A DNA stretch of 64,000 nucleotides from Gammaproteobacteria bacterium (lineage in GTDB: Bacteria; Pseudomonadota; Gammaproteobacteria; Steroidobacterales; Foliamicaceae): the NCBI GenBank assembly GCA_965116895.1, contig OZ220729.1, positions 1,882,122 to 1,946,121 of the forward strand, in the 5' to 3' direction. The position numbers and the translations under genes are program-made. Positions within the stretch are counted from its first letter, which is position 1; each line of letters starts with the position of its first letter. Positions 27,061-35,827 of this stretch are shown piece by piece. The notes under the pieces are model-generated. The model did no database searches, was not told where the DNA came from, and saw only the letters and a program-made list of their open reading frames with translations.

Positions 27061-29247
27061 CTAGTGCTCGTCGTCCGGTCCGAGAATCTGCCGGCCCAGC
27101 GTGCGGCTGACGCCGCTGGTCCTTGTCATGCGTACGCGTTCGCCGGTCTTGCGCAGCGCCACGCGGGTGGCGGCCCAGGCCAGCGCCCCCGTGGATCCGT
27201 CGCTTTCCGCCGCGAGCAGCGAGGCCGGGTTCACCCCGCGCCCCTGCGCGTAACGACCATTGGCCTGGTGCCCCTGCCCCAGCGGCATGGCAATCACGTC
27301 GGGACGCACGCCCGGATACCGCAGCGCCGGCGCGGTCACCGTTCCGGCCTGCGAGCTCACTTCCACGACGTCGCCGTCCTTGAGGTCCAGCTCATCCGCG
27401 GTCGCCGGGTTCACTTCCACCCAGCTTCCGTAGGCAACGCTGGTCTGCGGGTCCGGCAGTTCCTGTATCCAGGGCAGCCTGGCGCCCTTGCCCTCGCGCA
27501 ATCCCGGCGTCTGAAAGGGGTGCAGCACGAAGGGATACTCGGATGCGTCGCCCGCAAACCGCGGCTCTGAAGGCGCCGCGGGAGCCGGGGCATCGGACGA
27601 GAACTCATCGGCCATTCCCTCCGCCAGGTCGGCAACCCAGACGCCCTGCTGCTGCACCTGCCGGAAACCGGCGTCGAAATCGTCCTCAATGCCGAGGTTC
27701 TTCCATGCAGTCGCCCACTCGGATCGGGTATAGGCTTCGGCGTCTTCATGGGGCAGCGCCTCGGCAAGAGCGCCGCCGGACCGTTGCGCAAGCTGCAGGA
27801 GGATATCGGTAACCGACAGCGTGTCATACAGGCGCCTTTGCACCGGCTGCTGCAAGGTGACCGACAGCTTCCCGTTTCCGGGAAGTGAAATGTCGTCGTC
27901 CCAGGTCTCGAAAAAAGTGTCCGTAGCCAGGATCCAGTCGGCCGCACTCGCCGTATCGCTGGGAAAGCTGTCCAGCGCCACAACCAGTTCGGCCCGGTCC
28001 AGGGCGCCGCGCAAGCCCAGGGAGTCCGGCAGATCGTGCAGCGGATCCACGCCCGCCACGATGACCAGCGACACTTCGCCGTTGGCCGCCTCGGCCACGA
28101 ATTTCTCTATCTCGCTCAGCGTGGAGAATCGGGGCGCGTGCGCCAGGTTGGGCCTGACGGTGGTCCCGGCGGCGCCCAGAATGCGGTTCAGCGCGGCCAC
28201 GCAGGTCAGCGCTTCGGTCGCGTTCACGCCCGCGCCCGCTGCTCCGCCTCCCAGGACCAGGGGTGTCCTGGCGGCGGCCAGCCGCTCGGCCAGCGCGCGC
28301 AATCGTTCGGCGGGCAGGTCCGCCAGCGCCGCGGCCTCGTCAAGGCTCAGGGCGCCGGACAGGCCTTCCCGGCCTGCCGGTCCCTCGTCCGCACCGCCCC
28401 GGCCATGCAACTCCGCGGCCAGCGCCAGCGCCAGCGCGCCTTCGGTGCCCGGCCGCGCGGGCAGCCACTCGTCCGCATTGGCGCCGGTCAGCGACATGCG
28501 CGGTTCGACCTGCACGAGGTATCCGCGATGGCCGTCGCCGCCCTGGCGAAACTCGCCGTAGGCCTTGGAATAGCCCACCGGCGAGCGCCATGCGCCGAGA
28601 AAGTCGGCGCCGAAGGAAACGACCAGGTCGGCTGATCCGATGTCGTAGTGAGGAAGGCCATTGAAGCCGTACATCGCCTTCGCGGCCGCCAGCTCGGTTG
28701 CCGGCGTGTCCAGCCCCAGACGCAGCACGTTCGCGCCCAGCGCTTCCCGGAACTTGTCCAGCGCCTCCTCGCCGGAACTGAGCAGGCCGCCGGTGAGGAT
28801 CCAGGTGCGGCTACCCATCCCCGCGGACTGCATCGCCCCCAGGCGCGGCGCGATGGCCTCAAGGGCCTCGTCCCAGGAAGATTCCACAAAGCCGCCTTCC
28901 CCGTCGGACCGCATGGGCGCACGCAGCCGGTCGGGGTTGTACAAGGCGTTGAGGCTGGCCTGGCCCAGCGCGCAGGTGCCGCCCCGGCTGACCGGATGAT
29001 TGGGATTGCCCTCGATCTTCTTGGCCCTGCCCTCGCGCACCCGAACCGAAATGCCGCAGCCGGCCGGGCACATGCGGCACAGGGTGTTGTACCAGGTGTC
29101 CATGCCCGGGGAGAAATCCTCGGGTGGAATATGCGTGGAGAGCAGCGTTTCCAGCGGACGCTGGTTCACTTCTCCGAGCAGAAGGCCGGTCCCGACGCCG
29201 ACTCCGCCGCCGGCCAGGTACTTGAATATGTCCCTGCGGTTCAGCAT
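27061..29247 (-). CDS. actB1: Alternative complex III subunit ActB1 (molybdopterin-oxidoreductase-like, Tat signal)
   Basis: Twin-arginine signal MLNRRDIFKYLAGGGVGVG. N-terminal Fe-S motif CRMCPAGCG. 728 aa with an MopB-like fold. Confidence 0.8.
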   Translation of the reverse strand: MLNRRDIFKYLAGGGVGVGTGLLLGEVNQRPLETLLSTHIPPEDFSPGMDTWYNTLCRMCPAGCGISVRVREGRAKKIEGNPNHPVSRGGTCALGQASLNALYNPDRLRAPMRSDGEGGFVESSWDEALEAIAPRLGAMQSAGMGSRTWILTGGLLSSGEEALDKFREALGANVLRLGLDTPATELAAAKAMYGFNGLPHYDIGSADLVVSFGADFLGAWRSPVGYSKAYGEFRQGGDGHRGYLVQVEPRMSLTGANADEWLPARPGTEGALALALAAELHGRGGADEGPAGREGLSGALSLDEAAALADLPAERLRALAERLAAARTPLVLGGGAAGAGVNATEALTCVAALNRILGAAGTTVRPNLAHAPRFSTLSEIEKFVAEAANGEVSLVIVAGVDPLHDLPDSLGLRGALDRAELVVALDSFPSDTASAADWILATDTFFETWDDDISLPGNGKLSVTLQQPVQRRLYDTLSVTDILLQLAQRSGGALAEALPHEDAEAYTRSEWATAWKNLGIEDDFDAGFRQVQQQGVWVADLAEGMADEFSSDAPAPAAPSEPRFAGDASEYPFVLHPFQTPGLREGKGARLPWIQELPDPQTSVAYGSWVEVNPATADELDLKDGDVVEVSSQAGTVTAPALRYPGVRPDVIAMPLGQGHQANGRYAQGRGVNPASLLAAESDGSTGALAWAATRVALRKTGERVRMTRTSGVSRTLGRQILGPDDEH

Positions 29248-29251
29248 GGCG

Positions 29252-29821
29252 TCAGTAGTGGCAGGTGAGGCAGTCGCGGCCGTTGGCCACGTCTTCCTCG
29301 GTGTGGCAATCGATGCACCAGGGCATGCGAAGGTTCTCGTTCAGATCGACGCGCCGCGTAACGCGAGCCATTTCCTCCACGGGTCCGTGGCAGGTCTGGC
29401 ATTCAACCCCGCCGCGGATATGCGGCTTGTGCCGGAAATGGACGAAATCCGGCGTATCGTGGACCTTCACCCAGGGGATGCCTTCTCCGCGCTCCCAGTA
29501 GTCGAAAAGCTTGACCACGTCGGGCTTGTCGCGAACCTCGGTGAGGCCCTTGTGGCAGCCCACGCAGGTCTCTACGCTGGGCACGCCAGCCGTCGCCGAG
29601 CGGCCGGCCCAGGAGTGGCAGTACTCGCAGGGAATCTCGTTTTCGCCGGCGTGAACCTCGTGGCTGAATTCGATCGGCTGGACCGGCGTGTAGTCGTTCA
29701 GCATGGCGCCGTGGGCCCAATGTCCGATGTAAGCACCGACAATCCCCAGCGCGGCAACAATCAAGCCCTTGATTACCGGCCGCGCGGCCTCGAAAACACC
29801 AATGGACACGAACAACTCCAA
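29252..29821 (-). CDS. actA: Alternative complex III subunit ActA (pentahaem cytochrome c)
   Basis: Five CxxCH motifs (CEYCH, CVGCH, CQTCH, CIDCH, CLTCH) after an N-terminal membrane anchor. Start is TTG 29821 or GTG 29809. Confidence 0.8.
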   Translation of the reverse strand: MELFVSIGVFEAARPVIKGLIVAALGIVGAYIGHWAHGAMLNDYTPVQPIEFSHEVHAGENEIPCEYCHSWAGRSATAGVPSVETCVGCHKGLTEVRDKPDVVKLFDYWERGEGIPWVKVHDTPDFVHFRHKPHIRGGVECQTCHGPVEEMARVTRRVDLNENLRMPWCIDCHTEEDVANGRDCLTCHY

Positions 29822-29922
29822 CCCTTGACGGCGCGCGATTATAGACGGTTACAGCCCGTCTGCCCACCTTTCCGACCGCAGCGCATATTCAAGCGCAATG
29901 CCTGCTGGACTAAACTGCGATC

Positions 29923-31455
29923 ATGCTGCAACACCGATTCATCGAAAGGGTCAGGAAACACCCGAACAAGACAGCCATCAGGGACAGGGCCACCCATCGG
30001 GATGTGACCTACTCACGGGCCCTGCTCGGCGCGCTTGTTCTGGCGCGGCGCTTCCGGAAAATGGAGCGAGGCCGCATCGGCATCATGTTGCCCACCTCGT
30101 CCGGTGGAGCCCTGGCTGTCGTGGGTGCGCTGATGGGCGGGTTGACACCCGTAATGATCAACTATTCGACCGGCGCCGCGAAAAACTGCGCGTACGCACA
30201 AGCCCAATGTGATTTCCGAACCATCGTCACGGCCCGCGCATTGGTGGAACGGGTCGGCTGCGAGGAACTGCCGGACATGGTGTTCATGGAGGACATCATG
30301 GCCGGACTGGGTCGCTACGAAAAGCTGCTGGCCTATCTCAAGTCCAGGCTGCCGCCGGGGTGGCTGAAGCGCATTACAGGCACTGGTGGCCTGGACAGTC
30401 CCGCCGTAATACTGTTTACCAGCGGCAGTGAGAAAGACCCCAAGGGTGTCCAGCTTACTCAGCGAAACATCCTGTCCAATATAGATTCCTTCTCCGACAT
30501 GATGGACATCCGCGGGATGGATCACATGCTGGCTGTGCTTCCCTACTTTCATGTGTTTGGCCTGACAATCCATCTCTGGACTCCCCTGTGTCTGGGAATG
30601 ACGGCCATTACCTACCCCAACCCTCTTGATTTCAAGGTCATCGCCAGACTCATCAGGGAAGAAAAACCCCAGCTGCTTGTCGGCACTCCACTGTTCCTGG
30701 AAGGATATGCAAGACAGTCCCGGCCGGGAGATTTCGCCAGTGTGAAACTGACCGTTGCGGGCGCCGACAAATGTCCCGATTCCCTCAGGCAACTCTACCG
30801 TGAGAAGCACAAGCTGGAGATTTTCGAAGGTTACGGCGCCACCGAGACTTCACCCGTTATCTCGGTGAACCCAAGGGACGGAAATCGCCCCGGCAGCATC
30901 GGCGTGCCGATACCGGGCACCCGGGTACGAATCGAGAACATCGACAACGGGGAGGACTGTGCGCCGGGCGAGATCGGCAGGATCATGGTGAAAGGCGAAG
31001 GGGTCATGTCCGGTTACCTGAATGACATGGCGGAGTCCCACCTGCGATTGAAGTCAGGCTGGTATGACACCGGCGATCTCGGGGTTCTCGATGAGGATGG
31101 CTATCTGTGGCACAAGGGTCGTCTCAAGCGATTCGTCAAGATAGGCGGCGAGATGGTCTCCCTGGTGAACGTGGAAGAGGCACTCAAGGAGGTAATCGGG
31201 GAAGACGTGGAGTGTTGCGCCGTGGAATTGCCGGATGCCAGGCGAGGTTCACGAATCATTGCAGTCACCAGCAGGCAGATCGATGAACGGGACGTGGCCA
31301 GGAGACTCACGGAACAGCTGCCCAACCTGGCGCTGCCGAAAAAGTACGTCGTGGTGAAGGAGTTCCCCGCCATGGGAAGCGGCAAGACTGATTTTCGCAC
31401 TCTCACCGACATTGTGCGCCGGCAGGAAGTCAACTCCCGGCGAGGACGCGCCTAG
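29923..31455 (+). CDS. AMP-dependent synthetase/ligase resembling the acyl-ACP synthetase domain of Aas
   Basis: AMP-binding motif ILFTSGSEKDPKGVQLTQRN, GYGATETSP, YDTGDLG. N-terminal region (LPTSSGGALAVVGALMGGLTPVMINYSTGA) recalls Aas-type enzymes. No acyltransferase domain. Confidence 0.75.
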   Translation: MLQHRFIERVRKHPNKTAIRDRATHRDVTYSRALLGALVLARRFRKMERGRIGIMLPTSSGGALAVVGALMGGLTPVMINYSTGAAKNCAYAQAQCDFRTIVTARALVERVGCEELPDMVFMEDIMAGLGRYEKLLAYLKSRLPPGWLKRITGTGGLDSPAVILFTSGSEKDPKGVQLTQRNILSNIDSFSDMMDIRGMDHMLAVLPYFHVFGLTIHLWTPLCLGMTAITYPNPLDFKVIARLIREEKPQLLVGTPLFLEGYARQSRPGDFASVKLTVAGADKCPDSLRQLYREKHKLEIFEGYGATETSPVISVNPRDGNRPGSIGVPIPGTRVRIENIDNGEDCAPGEIGRIMVKGEGVMSGYLNDMAESHLRLKSGWYDTGDLGVLDEDGYLWHKGRLKRFVKIGGEMVSLVNVEEALKEVIGEDVECCAVELPDARRGSRIIAVTSRQIDERDVARRLTEQLPNLALPKKYVVVKEFPAMGSGKTDFRTLTDIVRRQEVNSRRGRA

Positions 31456-32870
31456 AGAACGACCAGCGGGTCGTCCATCGTCGCCAGCGGCTCGAAACCG
31501 TCCTTCGTAACGACAATCAGATCTTCAAGGTGCGCGCCGCCCCAGCCGATCTCCAAAGACGGCATGTCGATGGTCAGCGTCATGTTCTCCCGGAACGTCA
31601 GGTCGTCCGAAACCATGAACGGCAAACCGTCCCGGTACGGCTGGTCGGTATGCTGCAGTCCCACGGAATGCGGCGAGGCGCCGAAGGTGGCTTTGGCCAG
31701 CGCCGCGTTCGCCTTGTTCATGGCCTCGCCCGCATGCGCCCGCAGTTCCGAGTACTTGAGGCCCGGACGAATCACGTCCAGCGCCGCCTCGTAGCCCTTT
31801 CGGATGATGCCCACCCGGTCGAGCACGTCCTTGCGGGGCTCGCCCAGGCACCAGGTGCGGCCGAAGTCGCCGTGGTAGTAGTTGATCTGGCACACCGCGT
31901 CGACCATCATCGGGCGTCCCGGCACGACCTCGCCGTCGGCGAACCCGCCGATCGTGCCCATCGCGATCCAGATCGCCTTCGCGCCGCGCTTGGCCGCTTC
32001 CTCAAGGAAGAGCTGGTCCGTGTCCGCCTTCGTCATCCCCGCTTCGACTTGTCGAAGCATCGCCATGCAGGCGTCCTGATTGGCCCGCGCCGCGGCGCGC
32101 ATGTGCCCGAGTTCCACCTCGGACTTGATCATCCGGATCTTGCGGAAGGTGTTGTCGCCGGGCACGCACCGGATCGTGTCCTGGCCCAGTGTCTCCAGAA
32201 TGTGCGCGATGCTCATGTCGTCCACCGCGACCCGGCCCTTCGCCAGCCCGGCTTCCTCCAGCGCGCGCACCAGCGCCCATTCCGGCGTGGCCGCCTTGCG
32301 GTTCTCGAAGCGGCGCTCCATTTCGACCCAGCCGCGTTCGATGTCCGTCAGGCTTTCTTCGCGAATCGGCCGGCTGAACCCGCCACGCGCTTCCGGTGGC
32401 CGGTTCCAGGTATCGGGGTCGCGGTACTGCTCCCACGCCACCGGCGCGCCGTACGGGATGATCTCGGGGTACTCCCGCTCGGCGTTGGCGATGAACCAGA
32501 GGTCGGTCGAGGCCACGACCAGGAACGAGGGCTTGCCGGGGTCGCGCGGCATGACCGCGAAGCTGGGAATGGCCCTGAGTTTCTGCACCTCGTACGAGAA
32601 GTAGTTGCCCAGGTAGAACACGTTGACCGGGTTGAGCGCGACGATCCCGTCGACGCCCTCCTGTTCCATCACCTCGTAGGCGCGCGGCCTGTTGACCAGG
32701 CTGCGCCCGTCGAAGTCCTCGCCCGGGACCGGTCCGGGAGCGATCAGCCCCCAGTTGGCGTGCGCCTGTTGCGCGCCCAGCATGCCGGCGCCCAGCGCAA
32801 ATGCCGCCCCGCCGGCAATCCCGGCAAAGAAGTCCCGGCGCTCGATGTGATAGGGATCGGGCTTCGTCAT
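31452..32870 (-). CDS. M24-family metallopeptidase/creatinase-like protein with Tat signal
   Basis: Real start is ATG at 32870 (MTKPDPYHIERRDFFAGIAGGAAFALGAGMLGAQQAHA); the upstream 168 codons of the track ORF are not credible. Creatinase_N-like N-domain plus pita-bread C-domain (VDAVCQINYYHGDFGRTW, PHSVGLQH, AHLEDLIVVT). ATGA overlap with the upstream gene. Confidence 0.75.
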   Translation of the reverse strand: MTKPDPYHIERRDFFAGIAGGAAFALGAGMLGAQQAHANWGLIAPGPVPGEDFDGRSLVNRPRAYEVMEQEGVDGIVALNPVNVFYLGNYFSYEVQKLRAIPSFAVMPRDPGKPSFLVVASTDLWFIANAEREYPEIIPYGAPVAWEQYRDPDTWNRPPEARGGFSRPIREESLTDIERGWVEMERRFENRKAATPEWALVRALEEAGLAKGRVAVDDMSIAHILETLGQDTIRCVPGDNTFRKIRMIKSEVELGHMRAAARANQDACMAMLRQVEAGMTKADTDQLFLEEAAKRGAKAIWIAMGTIGGFADGEVVPGRPMMVDAVCQINYYHGDFGRTWCLGEPRKDVLDRVGIIRKGYEAALDVIRPGLKYSELRAHAGEAMNKANAALAKATFGASPHSVGLQHTDQPYRDGLPFMVSDDLTFRENMTLTIDMPSLEIGWGGAHLEDLIVVTKDGFEPLATMDDPLVVL

Positions 32871-34195
32871 AGCGTGCCCTCCTTGAAAATGTCGTGAATT
32901 CCGTCGGCCAGGCGGTCCACCTGGTCCTCGGTGTTGTAGTGGTGGGTCGAGGCGCGCACCGTATTCAGGCCGTAGTCGGTCTCCCGCACCCAGACGCGGT
33001 TGCGCCGCCAGAGCGTATCGACCACCGCAATCCGGTCGAAGCCTTCCAGCGCGAAACCGGTCAGCCCGCAGCACAGTTCCGGGTTCTCCGAGGCGTACAG
33101 CGTCACTCCGGGAATCTCCCTGAGCCTTTCCCGCAGCCTTGCGGCCAGTGCCCGGACGCGTTCCTCGATGCGGCCGCGGCCGATGGCGTTCTGGAACTCT
33201 AGCGCCGCAAGCGTTGCCAGCAGCAACGGGCCGGCGCGCTGGCTCAGGCGGTCGTAGCGCTGCGCGCCGGTCTCCTCGTCGTCCCAGCCCATCGACGCCA
33301 CGGTCGGCCAGACCCTGTCCTGCGACTCGCGCCGCATATAGAGAAAGCCCGTCCCGACCGGCGCGCCCGCCCACTTGTAGGGGCTGGAGGCATAGAAGTC
33401 GACGCCCAGGTCCTGCATGTCCAGGTCGATCATCCCGATCGCGTGCGCGCCATCGACCAGCGTAAGGATGCCGCGGGGACGGGCCAGGCCCGCGAGCTGC
33501 CCCACCGGCAGCATGCAGCCGGTAGGAAACGTGACGTGACTGACGCTGATCACGCGGGTGCGGGGAGTGATGGCGTCCTCGAAGAGGCTCAGTAGTTCCG
33601 CCGGGTCCGAGACCGGAATCGGAAACGGCAGCTCCTTCACGACCACGCCGTGACGTTTCGCCTTGATTTTCCAGGGCTCCAGCCCGCCGGGATGCTCATG
33701 GAAGGTGCACAGCACCTCGTCGCCGGCCTTGAGGTCGAGACCATTGGCGATGAAACTCATTCCCTCGGTCGTATTCCGGGTCAATGCGACCTCGCCGGGG
33801 GCGGCGTTGACGAAGGCGGCCAGTTCCTGCCGCAATTCGTCCTCGGCCTCCACCTGGCGCGCGTTCTCGCGGCCGGGATCGGCGGCCAGCGACCGGTAGC
33901 CGTCCACCACGGCGTAAAACACGGGCTTTGGCATCGGACCAAGCGTGCCGCTGTTCATGTAGGCCAACTCGTCCGAGATCAGGAACTCGCGGCGCACTTT
34001 CGACCAGAAATCCTCTTCCGGCAGCGCCCGGGCCTCCTCCATCGAGGCGATCGACGCCCGGGCGTCGGCCCTGGACGCCCCGCCGGCCACGAACATGCCG
34101 GCCGACCCTGCCGCGACCGCGCCGAGAAACCGGCGGCGCGAAACACCGGCCGCGGTCCCCGGCTCCAGTACCGTTCCACGCAAGGGCTCCGGCAT
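32867..34195 (-). CDS. Class V aminotransferase-fold PLP enzyme (isopenicillin-N-epimerase/cysteine-desulfurase-like) with Tat signal
   Basis: ATG at 34195 preceded by GGGGAGG. Twin-arginine signal GVSRRRFLGAVAAGSAGMFVAGGASRADA. Fold-type I motifs (ALTRNTTEG, VDGAHAIG, ASSPYKW with the candidate PLP lysine). Confidence 0.75.
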   Translation of the reverse strand: MPEPLRGTVLEPGTAAGVSRRRFLGAVAAGSAGMFVAGGASRADARASIASMEEARALPEEDFWSKVRREFLISDELAYMNSGTLGPMPKPVFYAVVDGYRSLAADPGRENARQVEAEDELRQELAAFVNAAPGEVALTRNTTEGMSFIANGLDLKAGDEVLCTFHEHPGGLEPWKIKAKRHGVVVKELPFPIPVSDPAELLSLFEDAITPRTRVISVSHVTFPTGCMLPVGQLAGLARPRGILTLVDGAHAIGMIDLDMQDLGVDFYASSPYKWAGAPVGTGFLYMRRESQDRVWPTVASMGWDDEETGAQRYDRLSQRAGPLLLATLAALEFQNAIGRGRIEERVRALAARLRERLREIPGVTLYASENPELCCGLTGFALEGFDRIAVVDTLWRRNRVWVRETDYGLNTVRASTHHYNTEDQVDRLADGIHDIFKEGTL

Positions 34196-34300
34196 CGGCG
34201 CGCCTCCCCGAAATCGACGAAAGACCATAATAGACTACGCCGCTGATGCGGCCCCCGGAGGGACAGGCTGATACTTCCGCTGAAACCACACGCCCGAAAG

Positions 34301-35827
34301 TTGCGGCTTGCCCGAACCGCGTTTTGTTCGGCGGTCATTCTTGGAATCGCCACGATTTGCGAAGCGCCCCGGGCCTTCGCGGAGGAAACGCCGCTTCGCG
34401 TGGCGGTGACGCTCATGCCGGCCAGCTTCGGCGACCCTTTCCGGACCCTGGGCGTCCCGGGGGATTGGGTCTGGCGCCAGATCTTCGACCCGCTCACCGA
34501 AAGCGACGATGAAGGACGCATTGTTCCGCTGCTGGCCGAAAGCTTCGAGAATCTCGATCCCCACACCTGGCGTTTCGAGCTTCGCGAAGGCGTGCGCTAT
34601 GCCAACGGCCGGCCCTTCAACGCCTTCTCGGCAAAAGAAGTCTTCGACTGGCTGATCAGCGACGAGGGCCAGGCGACGGTCGTAGGCTGGGAGATACGCC
34701 GGGTCAGCAAGGTCGAGGCGCCCGATCCCCGCACGCTGATCTTCACCACCTGGGAACCGGACCCGGTCCTGCCCAACCGGCTGACTTCCGCGATGATGGT
34801 CGAGCCGCAGGCCTGGCGCGAACTGGGCCGGCAGGGTTTTTCGCGAACCCCTGTGGGCACGGGTTCGTACCTGCTCACGGACTGGCAGAACCGCAACGGA
34901 GCGGTGGTGCTCACGGCCAACCCGTACGCCTGGCGGCCGCCCGGAATTTCGCGGGCGGAGATCTATCCGCTGCGCGATCACGCCTCGCGTTTGCAGGCGG
35001 CCCTGTCCGGCCAGCTGGACATCATCATGTCCCTGCGCCCCGAGCAACTCGACATTTTTCACCGCCGCGGCTTTACGGTCCACGCCGATATCCTGCGGCA
35101 GATCCTCGCCTTCGCCTTCGACGTGACCGGGCATCCCGATTCGCCGATCGCGGACGTGCGCGTGCGCCAGGCGCTCAACTACGCCATTGACCGAAGGGCC
35201 ATCTCGGAAGACATCCTTCAGGGCTTTGCGCCGCCGGCCAGCCAGGGATCGGCGCCCAACGTGTTCGGCCACAATCCGCGGATCAAGCCCTATCCCCACG
35301 ATCCGGAGAAGGCCCGAGCGCTGCTCGCCGAGGCAGGCTACCCGCAGGGTTTCTCCACCGAGGTGCAGGTCGTGACCGGCACCTATCCCAACGACCTGGA
35401 AATCTTCGCCAAGCTGCAGCAGGACCTGGCGGCGGTGGGCGTTGACATGGCGTTCCGCAGGGTGCTGTTCTCCGACTGGATCCGCCAGTTCTTCCAGGGC
35501 GCGTGGCGCACCGAACTCTTCACTCTCGCCTGGAACACCGCGCCGCACAACGACGCATTGCGGCCCATGGAGCAGTATTCCTGCCTCAAGACCCGCCCGT
35601 TCTTCTGCGACGAAGGGCTGCGCGGAAAACTCGTGGCTGCCGGCCGGGAAATGGACACACGGCGAAGGGAGGCCCTGCTCCAGGAGCTGGCCCTCGACTA
35701 CCGGCAGCGCGCCGTCAGCCTGCTGCTGCTGGAGTACGGCCACATGTGGGTGGTGGCGCCCGGCTTGAGCGGGTTCCGCGTGCGCACCCGGGCTCCGCAG
35801 CTCTACCGCGTAGAGCGGGTCGAATGA
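34301..35827 (+). CDS. ABC transporter substrate-binding protein, family 5 (peptide/nickel/opine type)
   Basis: TTG start. Signal peptide (AFCSAVILGIATICEAPRAFA). SBP_bac_5-like length and motifs (RFELREGVRYANGRPF, GTGSYLLTDW). Confidence 0.8.
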   Translation: MRLARTAFCSAVILGIATICEAPRAFAEETPLRVAVTLMPASFGDPFRTLGVPGDWVWRQIFDPLTESDDEGRIVPLLAESFENLDPHTWRFELREGVRYANGRPFNAFSAKEVFDWLISDEGQATVVGWEIRRVSKVEAPDPRTLIFTTWEPDPVLPNRLTSAMMVEPQAWRELGRQGFSRTPVGTGSYLLTDWQNRNGAVVLTANPYAWRPPGISRAEIYPLRDHASRLQAALSGQLDIIMSLRPEQLDIFHRRGFTVHADILRQILAFAFDVTGHPDSPIADVRVRQALNYAIDRRAISEDILQGFAPPASQGSAPNVFGHNPRIKPYPHDPEKARALLAEAGYPQGFSTEVQVVTGTYPNDLEIFAKLQQDLAAVGVDMAFRRVLFSDWIRQFFQGAWRTELFTLAWNTAPHNDALRPMEQYSCLKTRPFFCDEGLRGKLVAAGREMDTRRREALLQELALDYRQRAVSLLLLEYGHMWVVAPGLSGFRVRTRAPQLYRVERVE

